DNA from: Octopus sinensis
Lineage: Eukaryota
Length of the DNA: 64,000 bases
Assembly (NCBI RefSeq): GCF_006345805.1
Contig: NC_043006.1
Span: 36,456,001-36,520,000 of the forward strand
Direction of reading: 5' to 3'
A program made the position numbers and the translations under genes. The notes below the pieces were generated by a model. That model was not told where the DNA came from and searched no databases. It worked only from the letters and a program-made list of their open reading frames with translations. Positions 53,340 to 64,000 of this stretch are shown here, piece by piece (the stretch's first letter is position 1; each line of letters starts with the position of its first letter).

Positions 53340-55050
53340 TAGCATGCTTCTCTGGTACTAGTTGCTCTAAGACAAATTGTTACTATGAATAATACAAAGC
53401 TAGGTGTTCCAGAAAAGATGCTCAATAGTATAATTTCTTTCCATCAAGATCTAGCAGAGAAGTTTCCAATTCATTTCCAGTCTCAAATGGGACAAAACAA
53501 AGCTGTGTTCTTGCACCACTTTTATTTGCTTTAATCAAATCAAATCAAATCAAATCAAACCAAATCAAAATAGATGAACATCAATGGAATTTGTATCCTT
53601 GTGGTACCAGTGCCGGTGGCACATAAGAAAACCATCCGAGCATGACCGTAGCCAGTACCGCATCGACTGGCCTCCGTGCTGAGGGCACGTAACAAGCACC
53701 ATCCGAGCGTGGCCGTTCGCCAGCCTCGTCTGGCACCTGTGTCGGTGGCACATAAAAACACCATCCGAGCATGGCCGTCTGCCAGCCTCGTCTGGCACCT
53801 GTGTCGGTGGCACATAAAAACACCATCCGAGCGTGGCCGTCCGCCAGCCTCGCCTGGCACCTGTGTCGGTGGCACATAAAATCACCCACTACACTCTCGG
53901 AGTGGTTGGCATTAGGAAGGGCATCCAGCTGTAGAAACACTGCCAGATCTGACTGGCCTGGTGCAGCCTTCGAGCTTGCCAGACCCCAGTTGAACCGTCC
54001 AACCCATGCTAGCATGGAAAGCGGACGTTAAACGATGATGATGATGTTGATGATTTCTCCGCCATGTTGGAAACAGTGTTCGAGGTTGTTAAAGAAAGAG
54101 TAAGGTTTGAGTACATAACTGGTGGTGGATTGTTCAACTAACAGCACTTCAAAGGAAAAACTAAGACATAGGTGCAAACAGTTTAAGATTTGCTCTTTGC
54201 AGATAATTGTGCACTTGTAGCACATACTCTTGAGGACATTCAATGGATACTAAACAACTTCTCATGCACATCAAACGCTTTTGGTCTGACCATCAGCATG
54301 AAGAAAACTGAGCTTGTCCTTTAACCCATTGATGATCCACTTCTTGCTGTTGCCCCTACTGTATATGTCAATGGGAAAGCATTAAAAACTGTTTTCTCCT
54401 TCACTTATCTTGGTTCCATAGTATCCAATGGTGTGAAGCTGGATAAAGAAATTGAGTCCAGAATCAGGAAGGCTAGCTCCACTTTCGGTAAGCTTCATTA
54501 CAGGCTATGGAACAGCCACAGCATATCGTTGAAGGTGAAAGTTAATGTATATAAGTCAGTGGTCTTGACAACATTGCTTTATGGTGCTGAATCTTGGACA
54601 CTGTTCTGAAAGCACATCAACTAGCTTGACGCTTTGCATATGCGATGCTTGCACACTATCTCCAACATAAAACCGAGTGACCATATTCATAATAGTGAGA
54701 TACTAACAAAATGCAATATATCAGATATTGAAACCATCTTCATCAAAATACAGCTTAAATGGTCAGGTCATCTCTCATGTATGAGTGATATCAGAATTCT
54801 GAAGCAACTTCTCTTTGCCCAATTCCCAATGAAGGTCAATTGGAAAGCCACTCTTGTGTTTCTAAGACAAACTAAAAGATAATTTGAAGCAAAGCAACAT
54901 TTCCTTTTCTTCCTGAGAAAACAAAGCATCAGAACACAGGACCTGGCACCACTCTTACTTCTCAGTTCAAAGATTTGAGCAAAGTCAATTTCAACTCCAG
55001 GACCAACTTTGTGCAAGTATGAAGGCACACTGGCCAAACACTGCTCCTCT
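53340..55050 (+). mobile_element. Decayed RTE-clade (BovB-like) LINE reverse transcriptase region, interrupted by a SINE
   Basis: Conceptual translation gives KLGVPEKMLNSIISFHQD and SFPVSNGTKQSCVLAPLLFALI, then the insert, then FSAML...[13 protein letters not shown] (YADD-type motif, 54196-207), [37 protein letters not shown] and QLKWSGHLSCMSDIRILKQLLF. One frame runs from 54055 with several stops. Confidence 0.92.
53537..54054 (+). mobile_element. SINE-like family C, young copy with 5' (AAATC)n, 62-bp tandem units and (GAT)n tail
   Basis: Units recur at 53741, 53803 and 53865 (period 62). Body ggcattaggaagggcatccagctgtagaaac, tail gcggacgttaaacgatgatgatg. Confidence 0.9.
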
Positions 55051-55334
55051 AAATGGAAACCTTACCTGTCATTGTGGTTTTGTGGCACTAGTTTTCACTT
55101 TAACCTTTTCCTGTTTTCTTTCCACATCTCAATCCACCCAAAGACATTATTTAAATTAAAATTTGAACATCAATTGCAATATTTTAAAGCTTCTACTTCT
55201 GTACTTTTCCGGTTTCAGTTAATCAAGAAAATTATCACTTTTGTGCTCATGTTTCCTTTGAGTATCTTACATCTTGTTTCAGCCATGTTAGTGCACCATC
55301 TTGAAGGGTTGAGTCAGATTAATCAAACCCAGTC

Positions 55335-55620
55335 CTTTTTTTAAATGTCTGATACTTATTCACTCAGTCTTTTTTGCCAAACTGCTAAGTTACAAGGATG
55401 TAAACAAACCAACACTAGTTATCAAATGATGAAGTGAAACAAGCTCTAACACCAAGACACACACAAACACACATATATGTGACAGACTTCTAGACAGTTT
55501 CTGTTTACCAAATTAATTCACAGGACACTAGCCAACTCAGTGCTATTAGAAGATGCCCGCAGTGGCATGCAGAGGGATTGGACATTAAAACATGTGGTTG
55601 TAAAGTGCTCTTAACCACAC
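55335..55620 (-). mobile_element. SINE family A, diverged copy
   Basis: Reverse-complement tail (gctaagttacaaggatgtaaacaaaccaacac) and head (aacatgtgg...ttaaccacac). Confidence 0.65.
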
Positions 55621-56772
55621 AATGTATGGATTTTTTCGGTATATAACACAACAGTGCTCAATGAAAACTTAGAGAAAGGGAGGAGGTGGATGGTTGAGTA
55701 TATCTGTGTATAAGTTTAATGAGATTGTTATTTCTATATTATGACTTTACACTCATGTTCAGCAATTTCAGTATATCAAAAGCTCATGGAAATTCATTGT
55801 CCAGTTCTGAAACCATGGCACAGAATTAAAAACAGACATTACACACACACACACACACGTACCACATACACACACACACACACACACACGACTAGTAGTT
55901 TCAGTTCACCAGTTAAGAATTATTTTTCTTGACTGATGCTGTGTTTGGTTTAAAGCAAGTTATTTATATTTTATATTGATTGCATGATTGGACATATTTT
56001 ATATGGCTGGAACTTTTTCATTTTCTTGTTTTGTCTTTTTCATTTTTTTCTTCAATTTTATTCCATCTAATGTCAACTCAAGTGCTTTTACACCATTTAT
56101 ATTTGATAATTTATTGATTCCTATTGATTTTGTCTCTATTTTCGTTGCACTTGGCATCCGGTCATTTCAGTTCTTTTTGCTTGTTTCTGTCTTCTCTCGT
56201 GTTCTTCTTGACAGACTTACCACATTCCTTATGTTATTTCTGTTATCGATTACTGCTCCTGGGCTTTGTGTCTTGAACCAGAGACAAATATTTTGCGTTC
56301 TGTGTGTTTAGATCAAATATCACATGTTCATATGTACATACACACACATGTATGTGTTATGAGTGTCAGAAACAGGACCATCCTAGCAATTTGTATATCA
56401 GAGTTAACATTGACCAATGTATCTATCTTTTTTAAAGACAGTATGGTATGAATTGAAAAAGATTTGGCTGCTATTTCTAGCAAATCAAACAACTGCACAG
56501 AGGCTTCCTACATACAAGGTGACAAAAAAGATAGGGTGGTCTTGACTACAACATCTTTGTTAATAAATCAGCTCTGTCAAAGCTGACCTGGAACTAATCA
56601 ACAATAGCAACTAGTTTCATGTTTTAATACTGGTAGTTGTTGATTTAGAACAGTACACACTGTAGCATATTTAGTTAAGTTGTATATAGGATAATAAATA
56701 CTAAATTGTTTAGAAATATTATTCATGATTAGTTGGCATCCAATCAGGAGGATTGTGTTTATCTTTAGAACA

Positions 56773-56806
<34 letters not shown>

Positions 56807-56814
56807 CATTAATT

Positions 56815-57240
56815 AAGGCAGCAAGCTGGCAGAATCATTACCATGCTGGATGAAATGCTTAGCAGTATTTCGCCTGTTGCTATGTTCAAGTCAACTTTGC
56901 CTTTCATCCTTTCAGTGTCGATAAACTAAATACCAGTTGATCTAATCGACTGACCCCACCTCCCCCAAATTTCAGGCCTTGTGCCTATAGTAGAAAGGAT
57001 TATTATTATTATTATTAATTAAAGCGGCAAGCTGGCAGAATCATTACCTCGCCAGACGAAATGCTTAGTGGTATTTTGCCTGTCGCTACATTCTGAGTTC
57101 AACTTCCGCCAAGGTCAACTTTGCCTTTCATCCTTTCAGGGTCAATAAAATAAGTACCAATTGAACACTGGGGTCAATGTATTCAATCGACTCATCCCCA
57201 CCTCTTCCAAGCTGCCCTTGTAGCAAAAATTTGAAATAAT
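56815..57240 (+). mobile_element. Two head-to-tail SINE B copies separated by (ATT)n
   Basis: Heads at 56815 and about 57020, each followed by the B core. Confidence 0.8.
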
Positions 57241-57550
57241 AATAATAATAATTATTATTATTAATTCAGAGATTTCCGCATTTTTCTGATTGGTGAGATA
57301 CTTTAAAATACTTCATGACATATAGGCACAGCCAAAGCTGTATGGTTAAGAAGCTAGTTTTGCAACCACATAGTTTTGAGTTCAATTCCAATGCGCAACA
57401 CCTTGGGTTGGTGTTTTCTATTGAACGTGGCCAAAGCTCTATTGTAGAGGGGAGATAATATATGTGATAAGAAAAACAAGAGTCATTTCACCTTCTTCCA
57501 TTGTTTGAACACTCAAAGGACAACCCACTTGATTATACTGCAGCAGTATA

Positions 57551-57710
57551 GGCGCAGGTGTGGCTGTGTGGTAAGTAGCTTGCTAACCAACCACATGGTT
57601 CTGGGTTTAGTCCCACTGTGTGGCATCTTGGGTAAGTGTCTTCTGCTATAGCCCTGGGCCGACCAATGCCTTGTGAGTGGATTTGGTAGACGGAAACTGA
57701 AAGAAGCCTG

Positions 57711-57761
<51 letters not shown>

Positions 57762-57982
57762 GGGGGGGGTTGTGTGTCTGTGTTTGTCCCCCTAGCATTG
57801 CTTGACAACCGATGCTGGTTTGTTTACGTCCCTGTCACTTAGCGGTTCGACAAAAGAGACCGATAGAATAAGTACTGGGCTTATAAAGAATAAGTCCCGG
57901 GGTTGATTTGCTCGACTAAAGGCGGTGCTCCTGCATGGCCACAGTCAAATGACTGAAACAAGTAAAAGAGTAAAAAGAGAGT
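57551..57982 (+). mobile_element. SINE family A, full-length young copy (tRNA head, CORE-like segment, microsatellite hinge, tail A')
   Basis: A-box-like gtggctgtgtggtaag, B-box-like ggtttagtccc, CORE-like gcatcttgggtaagtgtctt, an (AT)n/(GT)n hinge, and a tail ending aaacaagtaaaagagtaaaa. Many homologues in the window. Confidence 0.85.
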
Positions 57983-59069
57983 ATTATTTTTTTTTTCTTT
58001 AAATGATGATAAAACATTCATATTGTTATTCATAATTATCTAGAGTGGCAAATCTGGACGTTTCTGTTCTATTTGATCTCTTCATCAATGCATACTTACC
58101 CAACATAATAATGACTGTGAGAATATATAGTATTTTAGTGAAAAAATGTTAACTGGGTATGCAGTTTAAAAATACTGACATGGGAAAAATTTCCAACGGA
58201 TGTCTTGTGTTATAAATATATTAGACAACTCACCTATTCGTCCCTTGGTCATTTTCTTGCCTCTATCATTGTTGTATATTAACTGATCAGTGAGTGGGGT
58301 TTTGTTTTTACTAATATCCAGCATATTCTGATAGTCATTCTAATGTCATGTAAATATAATTACGATTATGCTTTACTGAGATGGTCTAATAAGATGGAAA
58401 TAAGGCTGGTGTTGCCACTGTACTTACCAAAGACCAGTTTTAGTTTCCACTGTGCTCCCTGTTTCAGCTGTTTATATAAATTTTGGACTTGCCTATCTGA
58501 CCCATGATAAGAATTATTTTTAATGCTTTAATTAACTAAAAATTATATTTATGGCTTTATCTTTTAAGTAGTGTGCTTGACAAATGCAGGACTGCCACAT
58601 TGTGCAACATCTTAGGCATTGCATACTAATATCACCATCATATAATCAGTATTATTTGTTCTCAATTTTCTGTGAGACAATACCTAATCATTGTGTTGGT
58701 CTGTGTCCATAGGACCAGAGAAATATTACCTTGCTTGGAAACAGATGGGGGGCAGTAACAGAAACAGTTTCTTATGTTTTCTGTAGAAAATTTGGCTTTC
58801 ATTTTATGCTGATCTTAGTGGATCTTAGATGATGATGATAATGATGATGATGATGATGATGATGTTGATATATAAATAATGTTTTGAACACCCTGCCACT
58901 AAATTTTCAGTGTTTCAATATTGCTTTAATAATACTTTTTGACAAAAGTAGAGAGACAATTCCTAAAATCAAATTGATTAAAAATTGAATGAGAAACACA
59001 GTTATATGGTGACAACTCCAGATATATTTCAGTCTTTTAATACACATCATACAGTTATATAATACTGTA

Positions 59070-59117
<48 letters not shown>

Positions 59118-60423
59118 GGGGGGGGTTGTGTGTCTGTGTTTGTCCCCCTAGCATTGCTTGACAACCGATGCTGGTTGTTTACGTCCCTGTCACTTAGCGG
59201 TTCGACAAAAGAGACCGATAGAATAAGTACTGGGCTTATAAAGAATAAGTCCCGGGGTTGATTTGCTCGACTAAAGGCGGTGCTCCTGCATGGCCACAGT
59301 CAAATGACTGAAACAAGTAAAAGAGTAAAAAGAGAGTATTATTTTTTTTTTCTTTAAATGATGATAAAACATTCATATTGTTATTCATAATTATCTAGAG
59401 TGGCAAATCTGGACGTTTCTGTTCTATTTGATCTCTTCATCAATGCATACTTACCCAACATAATAATGACTGTGAGAATATATAGTATTTTAGTGAAAAA
59501 ATGTTAACTGGGTATGCAGTTTAAAAATACTGACATGGGAAAAATTTCCAACGGATGTCTTGTGTTATAAATATATTAGACAACTCACCTATTCGTCCCT
59601 TGGTCATTTTCTTGCCTCTATCATTGTTGTATATTAACTGATCAGTGAGTGGGGTTTTGTTTTTACTAATATCCAGCATATTCTGATAGTCATTCTAATG
59701 TCATGTAAATATAATTACGATTATGCTTTACTGAGATGGTCTAATAAGATGGAAATAAGGCTGGTGTTGCCACTGTACTTACCAAAGACCAGTTTTAGTT
59801 TCCACTGTGCTCCCTGTTTCAGCTGTTTATATAAATTTTGGACTTGCCTATCTGACCCATGATAAGAATTATTTTTAATGCTTTAATTAACTAAAAATTA
59901 TATTTATGGCTTTATCTTTTAAGTAGTGTGCTTGACAAATGCAGGACTGCCACATTGTGCAACATCTTAGGCATTGCATACTAATATCACCATCATATAA
60001 TCAGTATTATTTGTTCTCAATTTTCTGTGAGACAATACCTAATCATTGTGTTGGTCTGTGTCCATAGGACCAGAGAAATATTACCTTGCTTGGAAACAGA
60101 TGGGGGGCAGTAACAGAAACAGTTTCTTATGTTTTCTGTAGAAAATTTGGCTTTCATTTTATGCTGATCTTAGTGGATCTTAGATGATGATGATAATGAT
60201 GATGATGATGATGATGATGTGATATATAAATAATGTTTTGAACACCCTGCCACTAAATTTTCAGTGTTTCAATATTGCTTTAATAATACTTTTTGACAAA
60301 AGTAGAGAGACAATTCCTAAAATCAAATTGATTAAAAATTGAATGAGAAACACAGTTATATGGTGACAACTCCAGATATATTTCAGTCTTTTAATACACA
60401 TCATACAGTTATATAATACTGTA

Positions 60424-60427
<4 letters not shown>
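57751..60427 (+). repeat. Tandem direct duplication of 1.32 kb (57751-59073 and 59107-60427)
   Basis: The copies appear identical except for two single-T deletions in copy 2. Each copy is bounded by (AT)n tracts at 57713-50, 59074-106 and 60428-83. Confidence 0.95.
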
Positions 60428-60485
<58 letters not shown>

Positions 60486-61895
60486 TATACATACATACAC
60501 ACACACATACTAATGCAGAAATTTACATGCACCATATCAACATATCAATTACTCTCTCTCTCTTTCTCACACACACACATTAATGCTGTCTCACACACAT
60601 ACTCATACATTTACATGCACATATCACATATTGATCTATTTTACCAGTTTGCAAGCATATTCAATAATAATCATTGTTATTTCCTCACGTGCAATCCAAA
60701 AAACCATTGAAAAATCTTTCTTTCCATGCTGCAAATGGAAGTTGACACTTGCCACCCTCAATAACATCACAGCATGTTGATGTATGGAAATGTTTCACAG
60801 TTAATGTTTTCCATTAACAGTTTCTCATTTGCCTATCTCTACCTCTCTCTTTATTCCTCTGCTGTTTCTCTCTGTCCGTCTGTCTCTCTCTTTCTCTCTC
60901 TCTGATCCAATAAAGGTAGCACACACTTTGAGTGGAATCATGTATATTCACAAGTCACAGCTGGGCAATGTTGATAGAGTTTGCATTGGTAGCTTGAAAC
61001 CTATCACTGAAAAATGGACTGCATACATGGCAAAGGCACTTAACCCTTTTAAAAGGTTGCCCCTTCCACACACTCACACAGTTAATAATGATATTGAAAA
61101 TAGGTACCATGTAGTGGTGTATTGGAGGCAGTTGAAGTACTGTTTAACAAAAAGCTACATTCTTGTTTACTTCTTTATTCTTTCTTTCCACCATTCCTTT
61201 ATTCATATATTGAAATGTGCATGTGTGTGTGATATATATAACCTTACCTGAAATCAAGCGAGAGCAACAGGAAAAGCATATGACCATTGAAAATCTGTCT
61301 CAACAAACTCCATCTGACCCATGCAAACATTAATAAATGGGTGTTAAAACTATAATTATGATGATATATATCCTTCTCTCTTTTGTGAAATATGAAAGGA
61401 ATATTGAATTTCCTGGATATTAAAGATGTTGAGTATGTTTGGATGTACATGTGTATCTTTGTGTGTATGTATGTATGTGAAAAAAAAAAACAAAAAAAAA
61501 ACATTATTTTCTACAGGCAAGCTTTCAACATCAAAAATTGCTTAGCTTTTGGTGTTTTGGTGTCTTTTAAAGAATTCTTTTGTTGGTAAGTGTCAATGTG
61601 TGCTCCAGCAATGGTGATATGGGAAAAAGGAATTCATATGGCTAGAGCATGCTTGGTTCAAAGACTTAAAAATATGATTGCAAAATTGACATGGCCAAAT
61701 TCATTTTATTGTAAAAGAGAGAGAGAGAGAGAGAGAATGTGTGTGTGGTGTGTGTGTGTGTGTGTGTGTGTACTTCTTACAGTCACACATACACATTAAT
61801 TCATGTGTGTATACACATCTTCATGCATTTCTATTACTTACACTCACACATATGTACACTTAAGAAAATGGTAATGCTTATATTTGTTCATGGGT

Positions 61896-61896
<1 letters not shown>

Positions 61897-61970
<74 letters not shown>

Positions 61971-61978
61971 ACACACAC
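61897..61978. repeat. Long (TG)n microsatellite followed by (CA)n
   Basis: Direct reading of the sequence. Confidence 0.95.
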
Positions 61979-62039
61979 ACACCTATTCAATTTAATAATT
62001 CTGGTCAATGCTATTTTCATTGCCAGTTATTGAAGTGAT

Positions 62040-62330
62040 TTTAGAGCAAGTGGGTGCTGAATCTGAATATGGCATCACTTTTGATGTATTTGCTATAGTT
62101 TTTGACATAATCACATCAAAGTTCTTTTATTGGACCGTCAGCTCAGTTGACTGAATGAATGCTGGCCTACTGCTACCTAGTGAAAATGTACCATTATTTA
62201 TTAATGCTCTTGAAAAAGATCTCTACGTCATACAGTTTCTCATGCAAACCTTCCTTATTTCCCATCTGTGGCCGGGAGAGGTTTCCAAATTATGTCACAA
62301 TTCTTTTGTGTCTCCTCAATAACCTAGGTG
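62040..62330. mobile_element. Possible DNA-transposon end remnant
   Basis: gggtgctgaatctgaatatggcatcacttttgatgt resembles a subterminal motif of a common invertebrate DNA-transposon group (from memory). Class not determined. Confidence 0.3.
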
Positions 62331-62655
62331 TGTTGTGAAATAAACTTTAGCCTGATCAATTTTAATTTTGGCTGTAAAGTATATTTGAGATCCGATAACT
62401 TTGCATACAACATCCGATGATGATGATGATGATTAGTAACATGATATGAAAATTGTTTATTAAGTCTAACAAAACAAAAATTGTTTATTAACACTAACAA
62501 AATATCTCCTGGAAATTTGTATTTTTTTAAGTGTTTCACCAACCTGAATAACATGGAAGTCTCTCAATTAATAAAAATACTAATTTATTTTACCTGTTCT
62601 TGATGTAGTTTCCCAAATTTCTTAACCAGCCATATCTCTTTGTATTTTACCACAG

Positions 62656-62816
62656 GTGGCCCACCACAAGAAACATCCAAATACCTTTACCAGTTTGAGT
62701 TCAATCGACTTTTACTGGACAGCATACCAAAACCGTATCAAATAGTCTATCCACAACAACTGCGTCACAACAATGTGGTTAGCATTAACACACGCCAGCA
62801 CCGAGTCAGGCATCAT
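62656..62816 (+). CDS. Internal coding exon of an ADAM-family (ADAM11/22/23-like, mind-meld/unc-71 type) metalloprotease-disintegrin gene, start of prodomain
   Basis: Pyrimidine-rich acceptor ...ctctttgtattttaccacAG (62654-55) and a perfect GTAAGT donor (62817-22). The 161-bp exon is phase 1 to phase 0 and open: (G)GPPQETSKYLYQFEFNRLLLDSIPKPYQIVYPQQLRHNNVVSINTRQHRVRHH. EFNRLL...YQIVYPxQLRH resembles, from memory, the prodomain start of invertebrate ADAM11/22/23-like proteins. Not checked against a database. Confidence 0.8.
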
Positions 62817-62894
62817 GTAAGTATTTTCTTCTATTCAATTGTTCTCGTCTTTTCCCATCAATTTGGGGTTTTAACTACAAAAACACTGTTCTAT

Positions 62895-63297
62895 AGATGC
62901 CAGTGCAGCCTGACTGGCACCCATGCTGATGGCACATAAAAAGCATCATTCAAGTGTGGCTGATGCCAGTGCCACCTAACTGGCACCCATGTTGGTGGCA
63001 AAAAAGCAACATGTGAACATGGCCAATGCCACCTGACATGCCAGTGGCATGTAAAAAGCACCATTTGAGTGTGGTCAATGCCAGTGGCACCTGACTGGCA
63101 CCCATGCCAGTGGCACATAAAAAACACCGACTACACTTTTGGAAGGGTTGGCATTAGGAAGGGCATCCAGCTGTAGAAATCTTGCCAAATCTGATTGGAG
63201 CCTAGTGCAGCCTCCCGGCCTGCCAGTTCTCAATCAAACCATCCAACCCATGCCAGCAAGGAAAGTGGACATTAAACAGTGATGATGATGATGATGA
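62895..63297 (+). mobile_element. Family C copy with about four tandem units, about 80 bp downstream of the ADAM-like exon donor
   Basis: Units gccagtg..cctgactggcacccatg...ggcacataaaaagca, body and (GAT)n tail. Confidence 0.8.
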
Positions 63298-63602
63298 AAA
63301 TTGCTCTAATATAGTCAAACCAAGAAGTTGAACATATTGTGGCTACTTTGTCCAACAGGTTAAGCAACTTACTCAAAAAAGCAGCCAAATCGCCCTCAGC
63401 TCACACCCCTTTAATATTCAGTAAGAAAAAGGACACATTGGACAGTTAATCAAAGGTATCCCCTAAAAAGAGTCAATAGTTACTGCATGATTACCTTTAA
63501 TCAAAGCTCAGCTCCGTCAGGACTGACCTGGCTCTAATCCACAACTTGAATATATTTATAAGCATAGAAATACATATTCATGCAGAAAATAAAATCTCCC
63601 TA

Positions 63603-64000
63603 GGCTCAAGCATGGCTGTATGGTAAGAAGTTGCTTCCAAAACACATGGTTTTGGATTCAGTCCCATTGCATGGCATCTTGAGCAAGTGTCTTTTAATGT
63701 ATTCCTAACCCGACCAAAGCCTTGTGCATGGATTTGGTACATAGAAACTGAAAAAAAAAAGCCTATCATGTATGTGTATTTATGTTTGTGCATGTGTATG
63801 TTACTGTTTCCGTGTTTTGACATAATATGATAATTGTAAACGATTACCACCATCATGGCAGTCTCCTTTGTTTATCTTCCACAAAAACATGTCCGGTTTT
63901 GGGGAAATATTGTCTTACTTGAAAACAGGTGAGGGTTGGCAACAGGAAGGGCATCTGGCCATAGAAAATTTCCCTCAACAAATTCCATCCAACCCATGCA
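63603..64000 (+). mobile_element. SINE head A + tail E (runs off the window end)
   Basis: Head gcatggctgtatggtaagaag..., tail ggttggcaacaggaagggcatctggccatagaaaat...aacccatgca. Confidence 0.75.

Noticed and set aside
53600-53885. CRISPR-like appearance of regularly spaced repeats (also at 3995, 36129, 62895)
   Set aside because: The units are contiguous tandem repeats without unique spacers, in a eukaryotic dispersed retroposon, with no cas genes.
53555-54031. Five overlapping ORFs of 67-144 aa with repeated peptides
   Set aside because: They arise from the GC-rich 62-bp tandem units of a family C SINE and are open in several frames on both strands.
57533-60506. Pairs of identical ORF N- or C-termini (MSSNARGTNT..., ...KAILKH)
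   Set aside because: These are by-products of the tandem duplication and (AT)n tracts, not gene paralogues.

Overview
This is AT-rich, microsatellite-dense eukaryotic genomic DNA. From its SINE repertoire it is most likely an octopus or other coleoid cephalopod (inference, not verified). Almost all supplied ORFs are artefacts of microsatellites or repeats. One convincing host-gene coding exon lies on the + strand (62656-62816, AG/GT-bounded, 161 bp). Its peptide resembles the prodomain start of ADAM11/22/23-like (mind-meld/unc-71 type) metalloproteases. A phase-compatible candidate signal-peptide exon lies 41.5 kb upstream (21024-21102), so most of the window is probably 5' region plus one very large intron. 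That sequence is filled with several tRNA-derived SINE families (ad hoc labels A, B, C, E, F), decayed RTE, CR1 and Penelope-like retroelements, and several MITE or foldback elements, including a mariner derivative nested in a SINE. The most notable observations are a near-perfect 1.32-kb tandem duplication bounded by (AT)n tracts, degenerate hammerhead-ribozyme-like motifs at the 3' ends of two Penelope remnants, and modular SINEs that swap tails at a microsatellite hinge. There are also several nested insertions and a TATA/X-box/AP-1 motif cluster near 14.0 kb. No clearly new biological system can be established from the sequence alone. All family assignments are by eye and from recalled motifs, and repeat boundaries are approximate.
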